From Octopus sinensis (taxonomy: Eukaryota): a stretch of DNA of 64,000 nucleotides. The notes beneath the pieces are model-generated. The model saw only the letters and a program-made list of their open reading frames with translations, was not told the origin of the DNA and ran no database searches. Position 1 is the first letter of the stretch. Every line of letters begins with the position of its first letter. Below, piece by piece: positions 11,213-22,620 of this stretch. The position numbers and the translations under genes are program-made. The stretch is from positions 186,001 to 250,000 of the forward strand of contig NW_021835999.1 of the NCBI RefSeq assembly GCF_006345805.1, read 5' to 3'.

Positions 11213-11383
11213 CTAGTCGTGAGGAATATCTCTCCAGAGTTTGCCTGCATTTATTTTATCGTAGATTAAATCCCCGGAATAGTCAATCCCCTTCCCAATA
11301 CACATTCCCGACATTATAGTTGTCAACACAAAAGCCGAACTCCTTTTAAACAAAACATTATAAACAGTAGTCGAAAAACTCAT
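11213..11383 (-). CDS. UQCR10: Cytochrome bc1 complex subunit 9 (QCR9), 56 aa, intronless (not in the ORF track)
   Basis: MSFSTTVYNVLFKRSSAFVLTTIMSGMCIGKGIDYSGDLIYDKINAGKLWRDIPHD* carries the YxxLFxRxS and INxGKLWxxI signatures. Confidence 0.9.
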   Translation of the reverse strand: MSFSTTVYNVLFKRSSAFVLTTIMSGMCIGKGIDYSGDLIYDKINAGKLWRDIPHD

Positions 11384-11428
11384 CACAACAAACTAAATCT
11401 AAATATATTTTATTCAAATAAAAACAAA

Positions 11429-12094
11429 TCATTTTAAATTTTTATAAAAAAATGTCGTAGCCCTACAAATAGCCTTGACCCCCGAACGAATGGACAGCCC
11501 CAGAACATGAATCCGAGCACAGACAGCCTGAAGGACCACATTATTGGCCACATAATGTCCCTGCCACATCTCCATGGCCGAAAATCTGCAGAAATATTCC
11601 TCCAAGTCATCACACCGCCCAAACTCAGTCCCTGCCCTTCTCAACCGTCGACACCTGTCCTTGGCAGCTGCCTCACTGAGGACAACACACTCCCCCTCCC
11701 CAGTTATGCTTGGAATGAAAAAATGGGAATACTCGAATGAATTAGCCAATTCTACCAAAATGTCTTCAATTCGTCTGTTTTGGAGACAAGTAAGACATTT
11801 ATCCAGCTAAGAATCGTTAAAATTATATTATGCACCACAAGAGAGTAAATGATTTAACATTTTATTCACCTTTTTTAAAGTCTGGGTTGATTTCTTTCGT
11901 TTTTGTTCAGTGTATTGCATACTGACCAGGCGAGAGAGAAGGGCGTGCTCTTTCTGGAGGAGTGATAGTTCGGCCAATAATTGCTTGTTTGTTGATAAAA
12001 TAGATTTACGGAATTTTCTAAAATCTTTATGTTAAATTTTATTAGCACTTTTAAAGTTCTCGGAGTAGGAAATGGTTATCTCCACAGGAGACAT
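11429..12094 (-). CDS. NEPRO: NEPRO/C3orf17 (RMP64, DUF4477)-like protein, 192 aa
   Basis: With 24-nt and 63-nt (11807-11869) introns: LQKEHALLSRLV..QTLKK|LDKCLTCLQNRRIEDIL..CVVLSE..QGHYVANNVVLQAVCARIHVL. This is colinear with the remembered N-terminal domain of NEPRO. Confidence 0.65.
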
Positions 12095-12497
12095 GCACAA
12101 AATCAAATTTTATAATAATTTATTAAATATACAATATTTATTTAAACAAAAACGAATTTGGGATAATGTAATAGTATTTCTTCTCAAGTCCTCGAAGACA
12201 CCTCAGTTGGCAGCCTTGTTTCCGAGGAGGCGACGCGGAAGAATGGACAGGGTTTCCTACGTTTCTGCAAGTAACTGGGAAACCCATTCAAGGAAAAGGT
12301 TGCCCATGCAGAGGAATTTCGGTCGGTTATAAAGAAATGCACTTCGATTGAGTTCCTCTGCAGAAGGAAGAGAAGGCGTTTCCGGGATACGGTTGGGTGA
12401 TCAGAAGATCATGTAAGGAGAGTCCGGCTGTTGTTGGATCACCTAATTAGTTAGTTCTGACCTATCTTTCTCGGTGATCTTGGAGTTAATAAATAAA

Positions 12498-12790
12498 TAA
12501 CCTGTTTAAAGCAATTAATGAACACGCTATTTCATTGTACAACTATTACATCGAAATAGTCAATCTTGAGCCATTTGAATAAGAAATAGTAGACAATATA
12601 ATCTATGAAAAATTAATAAAATACAAGATACACCTTTGACTAACAAACAAACAGAGATTATACCTCTCCCTTAACCATTTTGGAAGAAGATTGAGTTCAA
12701 TTCATTTTCTAAGTAAAATTATGCTTCTTTGATTTCTTAGGAACTCATAATACCGATGTAGTGTTTGCAAAAAAAGATTCTTTTCATACT
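12498..12790 (+). mobile_element. R4-like retrotransposon fragment with internal stops
   Basis: NLFKAINEHAISLYNYYIEIVNLEP..NKQRLYL..GRRL is nearly the same peptide as in the 29905-30702 ORF. Confidence 0.8.
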
Positions 12791-12984
12791 TCCATTTTTT
12801 AAAAAACTAAATGAAATCAAGAAAAAACTAAACAAAAGTATAATTTAACATTAACTAATATATTTTTAGTGGAATAAAATTTTTATTATTGATTTTTTTT
12901 CTCGGTCGAAAATAAAACCTGGTCCAAAATAAAACCTGTGACAACTATTAATTTATTATTGGTTCATAAAAAATTCTCTGTTTA

Positions 12985-13095
12985 TGATATATCCAGGCTC
13001 CGCTGTGGCGACATGCCGTCTCAAAGCAGGCCAAGCGGTGTTGGTCGAGGGATTTACGTAAGGATTGGATGCGGGATTGACAATTTAAGATCTAA
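12985..13095 (-). mobile_element. Small CRE-like retrotransposon fragment
   Basis: LDQHRLACFETACRHSGAWI resembles the 'ARL....HSGAWL' motif of CRE-clade elements. Confidence 0.4.
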
Positions 13096-13582
13096 TTTTT
13101 GTAATCATAAATGCTAGTTTGTGTGATTTTGTGCGCTAAAATTTTTTCAAGTGCTAGAAGAGACTTGATCTAAGTATCACATAACTCATGACAGGAAGGT
13201 GTGGTTTGCCTATCTTTTTCTTGTTGTAAATCTTTATAAAGTGCTCTTTACCGATTTTGCTGCATTTAGTCGCTCTGTAAAAAGATTTCGTTTATAAAAG
13301 GAAAAGTGCAGTGATGTTCAGTTTGTTTAGTCTTTGTACTCAAATCAAACTTTATAAATTGAAGAATATTTTGTGATTGCCGTTAAAACACGAAAAACTT
13401 TACAATAATTTCCCACTGATGAATCCAAATAGCATGTTTCGGGCGCTACATCTCAAGATTCACCTATTAATAAAAAATATTAACCAAACCGACCAAATGT
13501 ATACCCAAATAAGTTAACAGACTACATAAAATAAAAATGTTATTATTAAAAGAATCACTGAGTGTCCATATAGATCTAAAAA

Positions 13583-15891
13583 TTATAAACCAGAGAGTGC
13601 CTTGAGGTTATTCTTACAGTGAATAAACAGACGATTATAAACAGCTGTATTATCATTCTCCGTGGAAAGAAGCAACTCCATCCGTCTGAATGCACCCCCC
13701 GTAATAAGCATGGGCACATATTTCCTCACTTCCGTAAACAAAGAATAGAAAACCATGGTAAGTAGACAAATTAGCACAGGCCCACAACGCCCATAAACAT
13801 ATTCTATAATCAAACTGAGGATTGAGAAGTCTTATAATCGGAACAAGCGACCTCATAAATAAACAAGTACAAACCTGTAATTAATGTGTCTGACTGTATT
13901 GACAGGCCACGACATGACAAGTCCACCCACATAACTCAGAATCCTCTCAATCGAGGACTGTCCATCGACCGGAGGGGGAAGAACATAGTTCTGGATATCC
14001 TCGTCACTCATCAAATTGCACAAAACTCCACATGCGTTGTACTTGGTTTCAAAACAGGACTCCATTGTATTCAAGTACTCACTACAAATATGCCAATCGA
14101 GTACTAGAGAGCAGCCACTATGCCTGACATGCCTATTCTACGTCGCACTGAGGGCACTTCGGATATATTCCCCAATGTCCCCACAACACCACGAATGACT
14201 GGCCCACGCGACTTTTCTAGACATTGAATGGCAAGCTCCAGTCCACTCCCCTCGACAATAGCCAGGACATTTCCTTCACACTCATCTGTCCACTCACTCG
14301 ACAAGGCAACCCGATATATTCCACAGAAACCCCCACCACGGCTCTACCGAATAAGAAGGCGGGTTTTCAAGATTGTTAAGGGCATTCCCTATATTCCCGA
14401 GAGCCAACTGTGAATAATATTGGCAGACTACCTCAATACAACCAGAAGTGCCCATCAATTCTTTAAGCAGAAAAGCGCAGTCACAAACGGAGACGTTCAT
14501 AACATGACATAGACAATCGAATGTTAGCGAGAGTGGATCAATGTGCATCATGGACGACATGATCACACTCAACATCCCACATATCCCCGGCATCTACAAC
14601 AATCACTCCTAGCACATACCCCAGTCCGCCAGGGCTCAATTTTAAGCAGAATATGACAAAATATGGCCATAAAGTGCTTGTTCTTGATATTGCATTCTGC
14701 CACTGGCACAATCGTGGAGAATATAGACCTACCATACTAATACACAACACACCATTTCACTTCCTCTGGCAGTAGCTGGGTCGACGCACACGTATTGAGG
14801 ACCCGCCTATAAATAAACACCAAACAAAACAGCAAAGGAAGAACAAATAAATCCTGGTTTTTTAACAATCTAAGCACAAACTAGGTCATCAACAAATCAA
14901 CCAAACCCCGATTACTGCAGAATTGTCGGCGGGACTTAAAATATGGAATGTCGATTTGAACATTTCGAGGGCATTGATGAGAAGATTGGGTTTGTCCTCC
15001 AAATAAAACAGTGCCGCCACAACATTCTCCACCCTCCTTGTCCCCCCAATCTTGTCAGCACACAGCAGGGAATAGTCAGGGATATTCTCACACAAAAAGA
15101 GATTCACAAACTTTAAAGGTTTTGCCCTCAATTCTCTACTTTTATGGACAAATTTGTACTTTGTGAGCACATTTTGATCAATCGAATAACCAGAAATATC
15201 GAGGGATTCCAACTTTGGTAGTATTCTGAAAATAGCAGAACAGTCAAGCTTGATTTGTTCTTCAAAACGACTTGTGGTTAGTCCAAAGTGCCAGAAATAT
15301 TACATTTTCAGTACCTGACTTTTCCTAGCTTCACAATATTCGTCAAATCAAAAAAAATGTCGTGGAAATCCACAATTTCTAGATCGGGCAGTTCCTGGAG
15401 AAAAAAGACATCCCTCGATTCCAATTCTCCCATAAGAACCAGAAGTCTAACTTTGCTGAACATAGCCAAAATGAGGTCCACGGTGGGGACCCAATCTGGG
15501 ACTGAGAGGAGAGTAAGTGATGTGACAGTGGTCGACAAAATAGGGACATTTGACAGTTCGTTTGTGAACAAAATTTGTTTCAATTTAATAGCAGAAGAAG
15601 AGGGCAGTTCATACAGGTGAGGATGAGTTGGAGAGACGTGACTGGCTGGGATAATAATGAAAGAGATGTTAAATGGCGGGCTTCCATGTTGGGGAAAGTG
15701 GGGAAGATTTGTTGTAGTGAAGGTGGGGCAGTTCTTTCGTAGGATCTGTAAAGAAGGTGGATTTTATGCATGATGAGTGAATAGGTTTTTGGGTTGAGGT
15801 GTAAAAATAGATCTTTTGAAAGTGATTTGTAATTATCTTTTATATATTTTATGCATATGTCGTATAGTTTAGGAGTGATTGCATCAAACAT
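13583..15891 (-). CDS. ZER1: Protein zer-1 homolog (ZYG11/ZER1 family, CUL2 substrate receptor)
   Basis: N-terminal BC-box-like PKLYDIC, LRR region (LESLDISG), and C-terminal YNACGVLCNL..SW..RHINY|RSLVPIIRLL..WALWACANL..KYVPMLI. Multiple 23-26-nt introns. Confidence 0.85.
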
Positions 15892-16837
15892 TCCAATACT
15901 CTAATTCCACCAAGACATGAATTAATCACTTTTATTAAATAATATTAAATAAACAAATTAACCAAAATAAATAAAATTTATTGTTTAATAGAATAGTTAA
16001 TTCAATGATATTATCATATTGTAATGTTCTTGGAATCGCCTAATGTCGACAAATTTAATAATATTAAAAAAATCGTTGGGGACTGATAAGGTCAGTTTTG
16101 ATAAAGATTCTCAAAATCATATCTGAAAAGTTTCAATAACTCGAATAATTAGATTTAATGACCTAAAAATGAACACACAAATAATCAAGTAAACATTAAG
16201 GAGTCAAATACCGTAAGATCATATCTTATTAAGCAGACTACAAAGATTGATCGTACCAAAATGCTTTCTGTTCACTCCTCGAGAAAATCAACTATCCAGA
16301 GGAACTTCCGGCTATAAATAGGCTTAGTTTGCCGTGTGGGGTCACATCAATCCTGACTGTTACTGACATAAATACTACATTTAGGCTTACAACTACTCCC
16401 CAGGTAAATGTCTTTGGTACCGAGAACCTGTTTTAAATTCTTCTCGGTCAAATTCAGCCTCAAAATCCATTTTTATACACCGAGAAATGTAATTTTTGTT
16501 GATTTGATTAGTTGGTTCTTCACTCAAAATGAAGTCGGTTAGCACCACTCCAATAAAGAAATCCAAGACTCCCACACCAGCCAAGAGCCCGGGGTAAAAA
16601 AGATGACTTTGCCAATAAATCAGTGTACGTGGACTTTACTAGCAAAAGCCAGAGTTTTGTTTATTTGGTTATATTGGATTTATTTTTTTATTTTTTTATT
16701 TTTTCAATTTGTCAATAACAAACTTCAAACGTCATCTGAAAAAATCAATTTGTCAATAACAACCTTTAAATTTGTAATTACGAAAGTCAATTTTGCATAT
16801 AAGAAATTTTTCGTCAAAATACATCGAAAATTTTTTG

Positions 16838-17476
16838 ATGGCTGAAAAAACAAGATATCGCAAGTACAATGATGATACAAAAAATAAATAATTGAAGCAC
16901 ATAAAAATTTTGGCGATTGGCAGTCTCTATGCTCCTCTCTTGGAGTTAATTTGAGAACAGCTTATCATTGGATTAAAAATAAAGATAAAGAAAGACATCC
17001 AAGAGGAGGTAAAAGACATTCAAAAAAAATCAAATGAATATAAATGAATTAATCAATTGGATTGTAGCTGATCCTCAGATCACTTTGAAAGAATGTGCGG
17101 AGAAAATACAAAATACTTATTCAATGTTTGTGTCGGTTACAATAGTAAAAAATTGGCTTGATGGGGAATTAATTTCTCTCAAAACCTGTCGACCAATAGT
17201 TGCAAATGTAAATTCACCTGAAAATAAAGAAAAAAGAATATATTATTTGGATTGCTTGTTTAAAGCAAGGTCCGCTGGAAGAACTTTAATTTGGATCGAT
17301 GAATCCAATTTTAATTTATATTGTAAGAGAAAAGAAGGACGATCAAAAATAGGATCTCGTTCTTTTGTCATTACTCCAAATTCGCGAGGCTCTAACTTAC
17401 ATTGTATAAGTGCAATGCCTGCTTCAACATTGTTTAATTTTCAATGCAAAAGAGGTTCTTACAAAGGAGAAGATTG
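16838..17476 (+). mobile_element. IS630/Tc1-superfamily (DDE_3-type) transposase, frameshifted and 3'-truncated
   Basis: HTH region (LGVNLRTAYHWI..PRGG), DPQITLKE, and the first catalytic D in LIWIDESNFNL. Breaks off after RGSYKGEDC. Confidence 0.8.
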
Positions 17477-17490
17477 TAAAATACTACTCC

Positions 17491-17912
17491 TACCAACTAA
17501 AATACTACTCCTACCATCTTCTTTCATGGCCACAAATCTCCTACGTTGCTGAATCAGGGAATCAAATCGTGGGATATGTCTTGGCCAAAATGGAAGAGGA
17601 GGCTGTCCAGGCACCCCACGGACATATCACCTCCCTGGTAGTGCATTTAAACATTCCCAGGCTGTAAAGCGGACATACCGAAAGTACGGAATTGCCAGGA
17701 AACTGATGGAATTGGCCTGCCAGGCAATGGACGAATGTTTTGGAGCAGAGAAGGCGACCTTGCATGTCCGCATATCCAATCGTCCTGCCTACAATCTCTA
17801 TAACAACAGTCTTGGTTATAGTGTGACAAATGTGGAGCCCAAATACTACGCAGACGGGGAAGATGCCTATGCCATGTCCAGACCTGTTCGGCCTTTCCTT
17901 AATAATGTTTAA
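17491..17912 (+). pseudogene. NAA10: N-alpha-acetyltransferase 10, lacking about the first 25 codons
   Basis: [39 protein letters not shown]|[37 protein letters not shown], with a 23-nt intron at 17638-17660. The remainder is intact but has no ATG or N-terminal CNLLCLPEN segment. Confidence 0.8.
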
Positions 17913-17989
17913 CTTGATTGATTCTATTTGGTTTTAAACTCAATAATGATATGTTGTACAATGTCAGTAGTTTTTGGTAGTTTTGGTAG

Positions 17990-18900
17990 TTATAATTTAG
18001 TTGTCAAATCATGGAAGAATGTTCTATATTTTTTTTTAATTTTCATAGTGATGGGAAGTTTATGGTTTTTCCAAATATTAACAATAGGTTCTGGAGGTAG
18101 TTTTATTTCAGCAAATAGTTGCCATCGACTATTATTTTTCAAAACATGTTCTTTCATAAGGCAATTAAGTTGTCCATTGCAAGATGATTTAGTTTTATTC
18201 TTAATGCACAATTGTGAATTAAATGTGCAATAAATTTTACGTGGAATAAATTAGGATGCGTATTTTTTAGTGTTTTCCGGCTGAATTCATATGCTTTTCA
18301 GGGTCGGTTAATAACAAGTAATAATTTTTCCTCGCGACATTTGCACATTGAATCGTATCATCCACAATCTGACATACAATTGATGTATTTGGCGAAAAAT
18401 CTAATGGTATACAATCGATGAGATAGCTGATTGAAGATCCGTTATTTTCCCAATAAAAATATTTACATATTTTTCTTTAGCGACATCATCCACACTTAAG
18501 AAGAATCTTTTCATTAATTAACAAACTGATTATCTCATCAACACGTCGTTCGGCAAAAATTTTGACATTATTTCGAAATTTGAATTCAGAAAGTAACTCG
18601 AATCCGATAGTATTTTTAAAAATTGATTAACGCAGAAGGAAGGGAATATTTACTGAAACAAATGCTTTAGTTAGATTTAGTGAAAAATATTCGCATCAGC
18701 AGCACTGGGAAAAAACATTTCAATCGTCTTTTTAGATTCGTTTATAAGTGAAATATTTTTTTGCATAAATCTGTGTTTTTCAACAAACCATTTTTATGGC
18801 ATATTACACAAATATCGCATAAATTAGAGTATAATGCTCCACCCGAGGTAATTGAAAATTCATAGGGAAATTCTCGAGGCTTTCGAGATAGACTTTTTCG
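17990..18900 (-). mobile_element. Decayed hAT-like (CGGBP1-related) transposase
   Basis: Across frameshifts: LLLTD..HMNSAG-TLKNTHPNLFHVKFIAHLIHNCALRI..MDNLIA..KNNSRWQLF..LPPEPIV. Confidence 0.6.
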
Positions 18901-18940
18901 ACTTAGGCATCACAACGACAATGAAATAATAGTCAGCGTG

Positions 18941-19342
18941 TCACAACAACAATGGAACAGGGACTTTCCTGGTGACAACTTCCCTTTTGATCTTTACCGC
19001 AATCGGGTTGTGACCGCTTCTCGTTTCGTAGAGGACTGACCAGTCCGTAGTCGATGCGAGAAAAGAAGAACATAGAGCTACATCGGGTGACGTAGGCTTA
19101 TCAGTCACTCTGAGTGGAATTTTTGTGTTCATCGATGGATCGTTCAGAATTGTTAAAGAGTACAATTGGGAAAGTAAAAGTTTCCCTCTCGTTTTCGCCG
19201 ACTGGGTTGACAGCCAGAGGGAGTGTTTCGCATTCAGGATGCGTGCCAGGTTAGAGAAAGTTGGGAGGCTAAAGCTCCTCAGACAAGAACCAAAAGGTTG
19301 AATGTACATGTTGACCGGCCATAATCGTCCCTTCGTTGTCAA
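18941..19342 (-). mobile_element. APE-endonuclease fragment of a non-LTR retrotransposon
   Basis: NMYIQP, LNAKHSLW, TSPDVAL and SGHNPI are degenerate forms of the DFNAH..W, SPD and SDH motifs. Confidence 0.7.
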
Positions 19343-19559
19343 AGCGATATCCCGATTAACTCGGACTTTATTTAGTCTAAAAATGACGAAGTTAGTGAAT
19401 TTCTTAACGATGAAAATGACAATTTAGACAACACAACTAATGAAAATTGTGAAACAAACAAATGTACAGTAAACATTGGTTAATTGCACAGCATTTGTTC
19501 ACGATATATGCAATTATCAGATATGTTAATAAAAATCAATAATTTTTGTTAACAAACAA

Positions 19560-19945
19560 GAAAAGAACATAATCAAAAACATTTTAAAAATGTATTAATT
19601 TTAGACTGCCTAGTCTTCTGGCAAAGGCGGAGGACGATTTTTTAGTTCATAAGAGTTGTCCATATTTATTTCACTTTTTAAATAGATGTTAGTAAGAAAC
19701 TGTCGTATCAATCTGCATCCACCCATAGCTTCCGAACTGGCTGTAAATATATTTCTTTATCGGAGATGATTCCGATACATTCGTCATCCTCATTTACAAT
19801 ATGTATCGTTATTCCGTCACATTAAATGTCACTAAACATATTTTCCCCACTTCCTCATGGAAACCAGGCTTACGGAAACAGTTGTAAATTGTTTTTATTC
19901 TGACTTACCTTCAAGCTATTTCAAGAATTTCTAGCACATCCAAGA
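19560..19945 (-). mobile_element. pogo/Tigger transposase C-terminal fragment
   Basis: Nucleotide similarity to 37300-37680 (shared cccatagcttccgaactgg and cttacggaaacagttgtaaattg); TIYNCFRK motif. Confidence 0.7.
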
Positions 19946-19959
19946 CTTTGTATGATCCT

Positions 19960-20250
19960 CATATCACATGGCTAACCTTCCAATATCCAAACATCCAATT
20001 TTCCTTGACTTACTTTCGATCAAACTGTGTCCTTCAACAAACATGTCTCGAACATTTCCGACAAAGCAAACAGGCCTACAAACATTCTAAAAACAATAAG
20101 TGCTCACATCACTGGTACTCAGAAACCGCTCCTAAAACAAGTCTTCAAAAAATACATTCGCCATGTTCCTGTTCTAAGTTACGCGAGTCCGAGCTGGGTT
20201 CCTTGCCTATCTACAAGTTCCACTGCAGGACTTCAATTAGTAAAAAAATG
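19960..20250 (+). mobile_element. Non-LTR RT C-terminal fragment
   Basis: FNKHVSNISDKANR..NILK..YIR..VLSYASPSW. Same family as 38570-39480. Confidence 0.75.
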
Positions 20251-20338
20251 TCTGGTCCTTTATTTCAGTCTCCAACAAATTTAAAAACAAAAAAACAACA
20301 TTTTTTAAATTTCAATTTTTAAAGAAAATTGATTTTTA

Positions 20339-22219
20339 TTATAAAATAGTATTCCGAATGGTCCCAGTATATCCATGCGAATTACTTTTCATTTGGAATT
20401 GTGTCTTTAATGCTTTCCTGGTCATTGTGTATGACACAATCACTGTTTCTTTTTTCTTGTTGAGTTTAAGTTGTCTAAAATAATTAGTGACATTTAAACC
20501 CAATCACAAATGTCGTTGTCAGTGCCAATATAACAAAAAATGCGGAAAAAATAATCGCAAAAACATTCTTTCTTTTGGTGATGGTTCGGATAAACACATT
20601 TCGAGCCTTCACTACGATGACTGTATGTTTCCTCATAAGCCACTTGCGAGACGTGGAGACCTCCACTGCATAACAGTACCAATCCCCAGCAGCACTTGGC
20701 AGAATGTTTGACAGTTCTAGAGACCCGGCAGAATTAGTTTGAGAATTCTACAAAAATAAATATTCGTTGGCCCACCAAAGCCACCGCATCACCGTGAATC
20801 CAAATGTTGTAGGAATGAGGAAATAAAGACCGGAAATATGTCAAATTACAGTCTAAAGTGACATTGGAATTCCTCTCCGCGATTACCGTTGGAGTCGAAT
20901 TCCCAATTACAGTCACGACATGAACGTCGTATAATTCTTTCTTTGTGACAAAGGATTTGACAGTTACTAACTACAAATTATTCAACATTCCAACATGACA
21001 AGTATAAATGCCAGCGTCACTGTGATCTGCCTCCCTTTTTTGTAAATTATCCTCAACGACTGAAAGACCGATTTTAAATTTTAGCACTTCTCCGTCCTTT
21101 TTCCAGACATAGTCATTCTTCATAACATTGTCCCCTTCATTCTGAAATAAAGAACGATATTAGAAACATGGCAATTTAGTGAAATCGTCTCCCCTGGTCT
21201 GTGTACATGTTGGTTGCGAGCAGTCCAGAGACCGAGTTGAATCCCAACGTACCTCTCCCCGCTTATTTTGGGGAATTGTGAAGAAGGACATGAATTGCCT
21301 CCAAAACAGAACGACACGTCGTAGGAACGTCCAATGCACAACTCTTTTTTGATAATGCAATTTCGATAGCGGAAACGAGCAGTGGGCGTTTTACAGTCCC
21401 CAGATAAACAGTCACTCCATGGACCCCAACTTGTCCATCCCTTCGAATTAGGGACTATTGGCTTACGAGGTGAGTGTCAATGCAGAGAGGGTAACGATTG
21501 AGATCATGGCACATTTTTCTTTTTACTGTTTCTGTGTGATTACTGCAAGTTGTGGAGGTGTTGTTTCCAAAAGTGCACTTTCTTGTCTTGAATATGTTTT
21601 CAGTCGCATTGAGATGGTAGTAAATAGCACTATTACATGACTGGGGTCTACACTTCCACTCCCCCCAATCTTCCACGTGTATATTCTTGCATTCTCCGAC
21701 TGTGCAAACAAACTTTTTCTTTATATGCTTATTGTCATTAGGACACTGCAAGAATATTTTAGACATGGCAAAGTACAGTTATATTTGACATGGAACTATT
21801 GTTCGTGCAGTATTTTGTCATTTTTATGGTCCCCAAAGCACAGTCCCGACTCAGACGTTCAGCTATGCGGTCGGCCTCGCATTGACCTGTGGGGACCCAA
21901 TCTGACCACTTTCCACGAATATTGCCATCACCAGAGCACATTTCGGTGTAGCAGGGCATTGTTTCTTCTGAAAAATGGGGCCCAAAACAAAGCCTTTAAA
22001 TATAGTTTTTCATGATATTTACTTATTTTTAATAGAACAGTTATCATTATCACATAAAGTACAATTTCTAAAGTGATGAGTTAGTCCAGACGACTCATTG
22101 CAAAGTCGGGGACAGACTGTAAAGTCCCACTCACTCCATTTTAACTAAAAATTTAATTTATGATAACTCACATGTAAATAAGAACTAATAAAACTAATAA
22201 TGAATGACAAAACAAGCAT
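20339..22219 (-). CDS. Type-I membrane protein: signal peptide, about 4 TSP1 repeats, 2 Ig domains, TM helix, short tail
   Basis: ATG at 22219 with a hydrophobic leader. WSEW, WSDW, WGEW and WTSWGPWSDC..RFRYRNC TSP1 motifs; Ig motifs GETISLNC..DAGIYTC and NVTLDCN..W..GGLHV; TM IIFSAFFVILALTTTFVIG; micro-introns. One or two frame breaks unresolved. Confidence 0.7.
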
Positions 22220-22419
22220 TAAATATCGATTTTAATTTTGATTATATATTTAGCCATTCACGTACTTTATTTCCAAAAAGGGCAACATTTTTGAAATTAT
22301 GTTGGTTTTCTGTCACAATATCAAAAAAGGCTTGTCTTAATTTATTCAGTCTTCATTCAGAAAAAGTTGTAGTCTCGAATATAAATCATGCTGATATTCT
22401 TTATTTCGCGAGCACTGAT

Positions 22420-22620
22420 AGTGATCAAGCGCTGCGAGCGATCCATCAATGTCAATGATGGTCAAAAGTAAATGAATTTTTTAATCGCCTTGGAAGAACT
22501 TTCTTAATCAAAAAATATGTCACAACACAAAGGCTCTCAGGATCTGGAAGACCTAAAATATTAAATAATGAAGATTTGAATACATTATTAACTCTTGTTT
22601 CTGAAAATCCAAAAATCTGA
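22420..22620 (+). mobile_element. Tc1 transposase N-terminal remnant
   Basis: SGSGRPKILNNEDLNTLLTLVSENPKI resembles the GRPR linker plus second HTH. Confidence 0.45.

Noticed and set aside
12170-12490. GC-richer coding-like segment upstream of NEPRO
   Set aside because: No consistent frame or recognisable motif on either strand.
17410-17490. GTG-initiated frame (..LLQHC..) that seems to supply an NAA10-like N-terminus
   Set aside because: It is the alternative frame of clearly conserved transposase sequence and has no ATG; the resemblance is probably coincidental.
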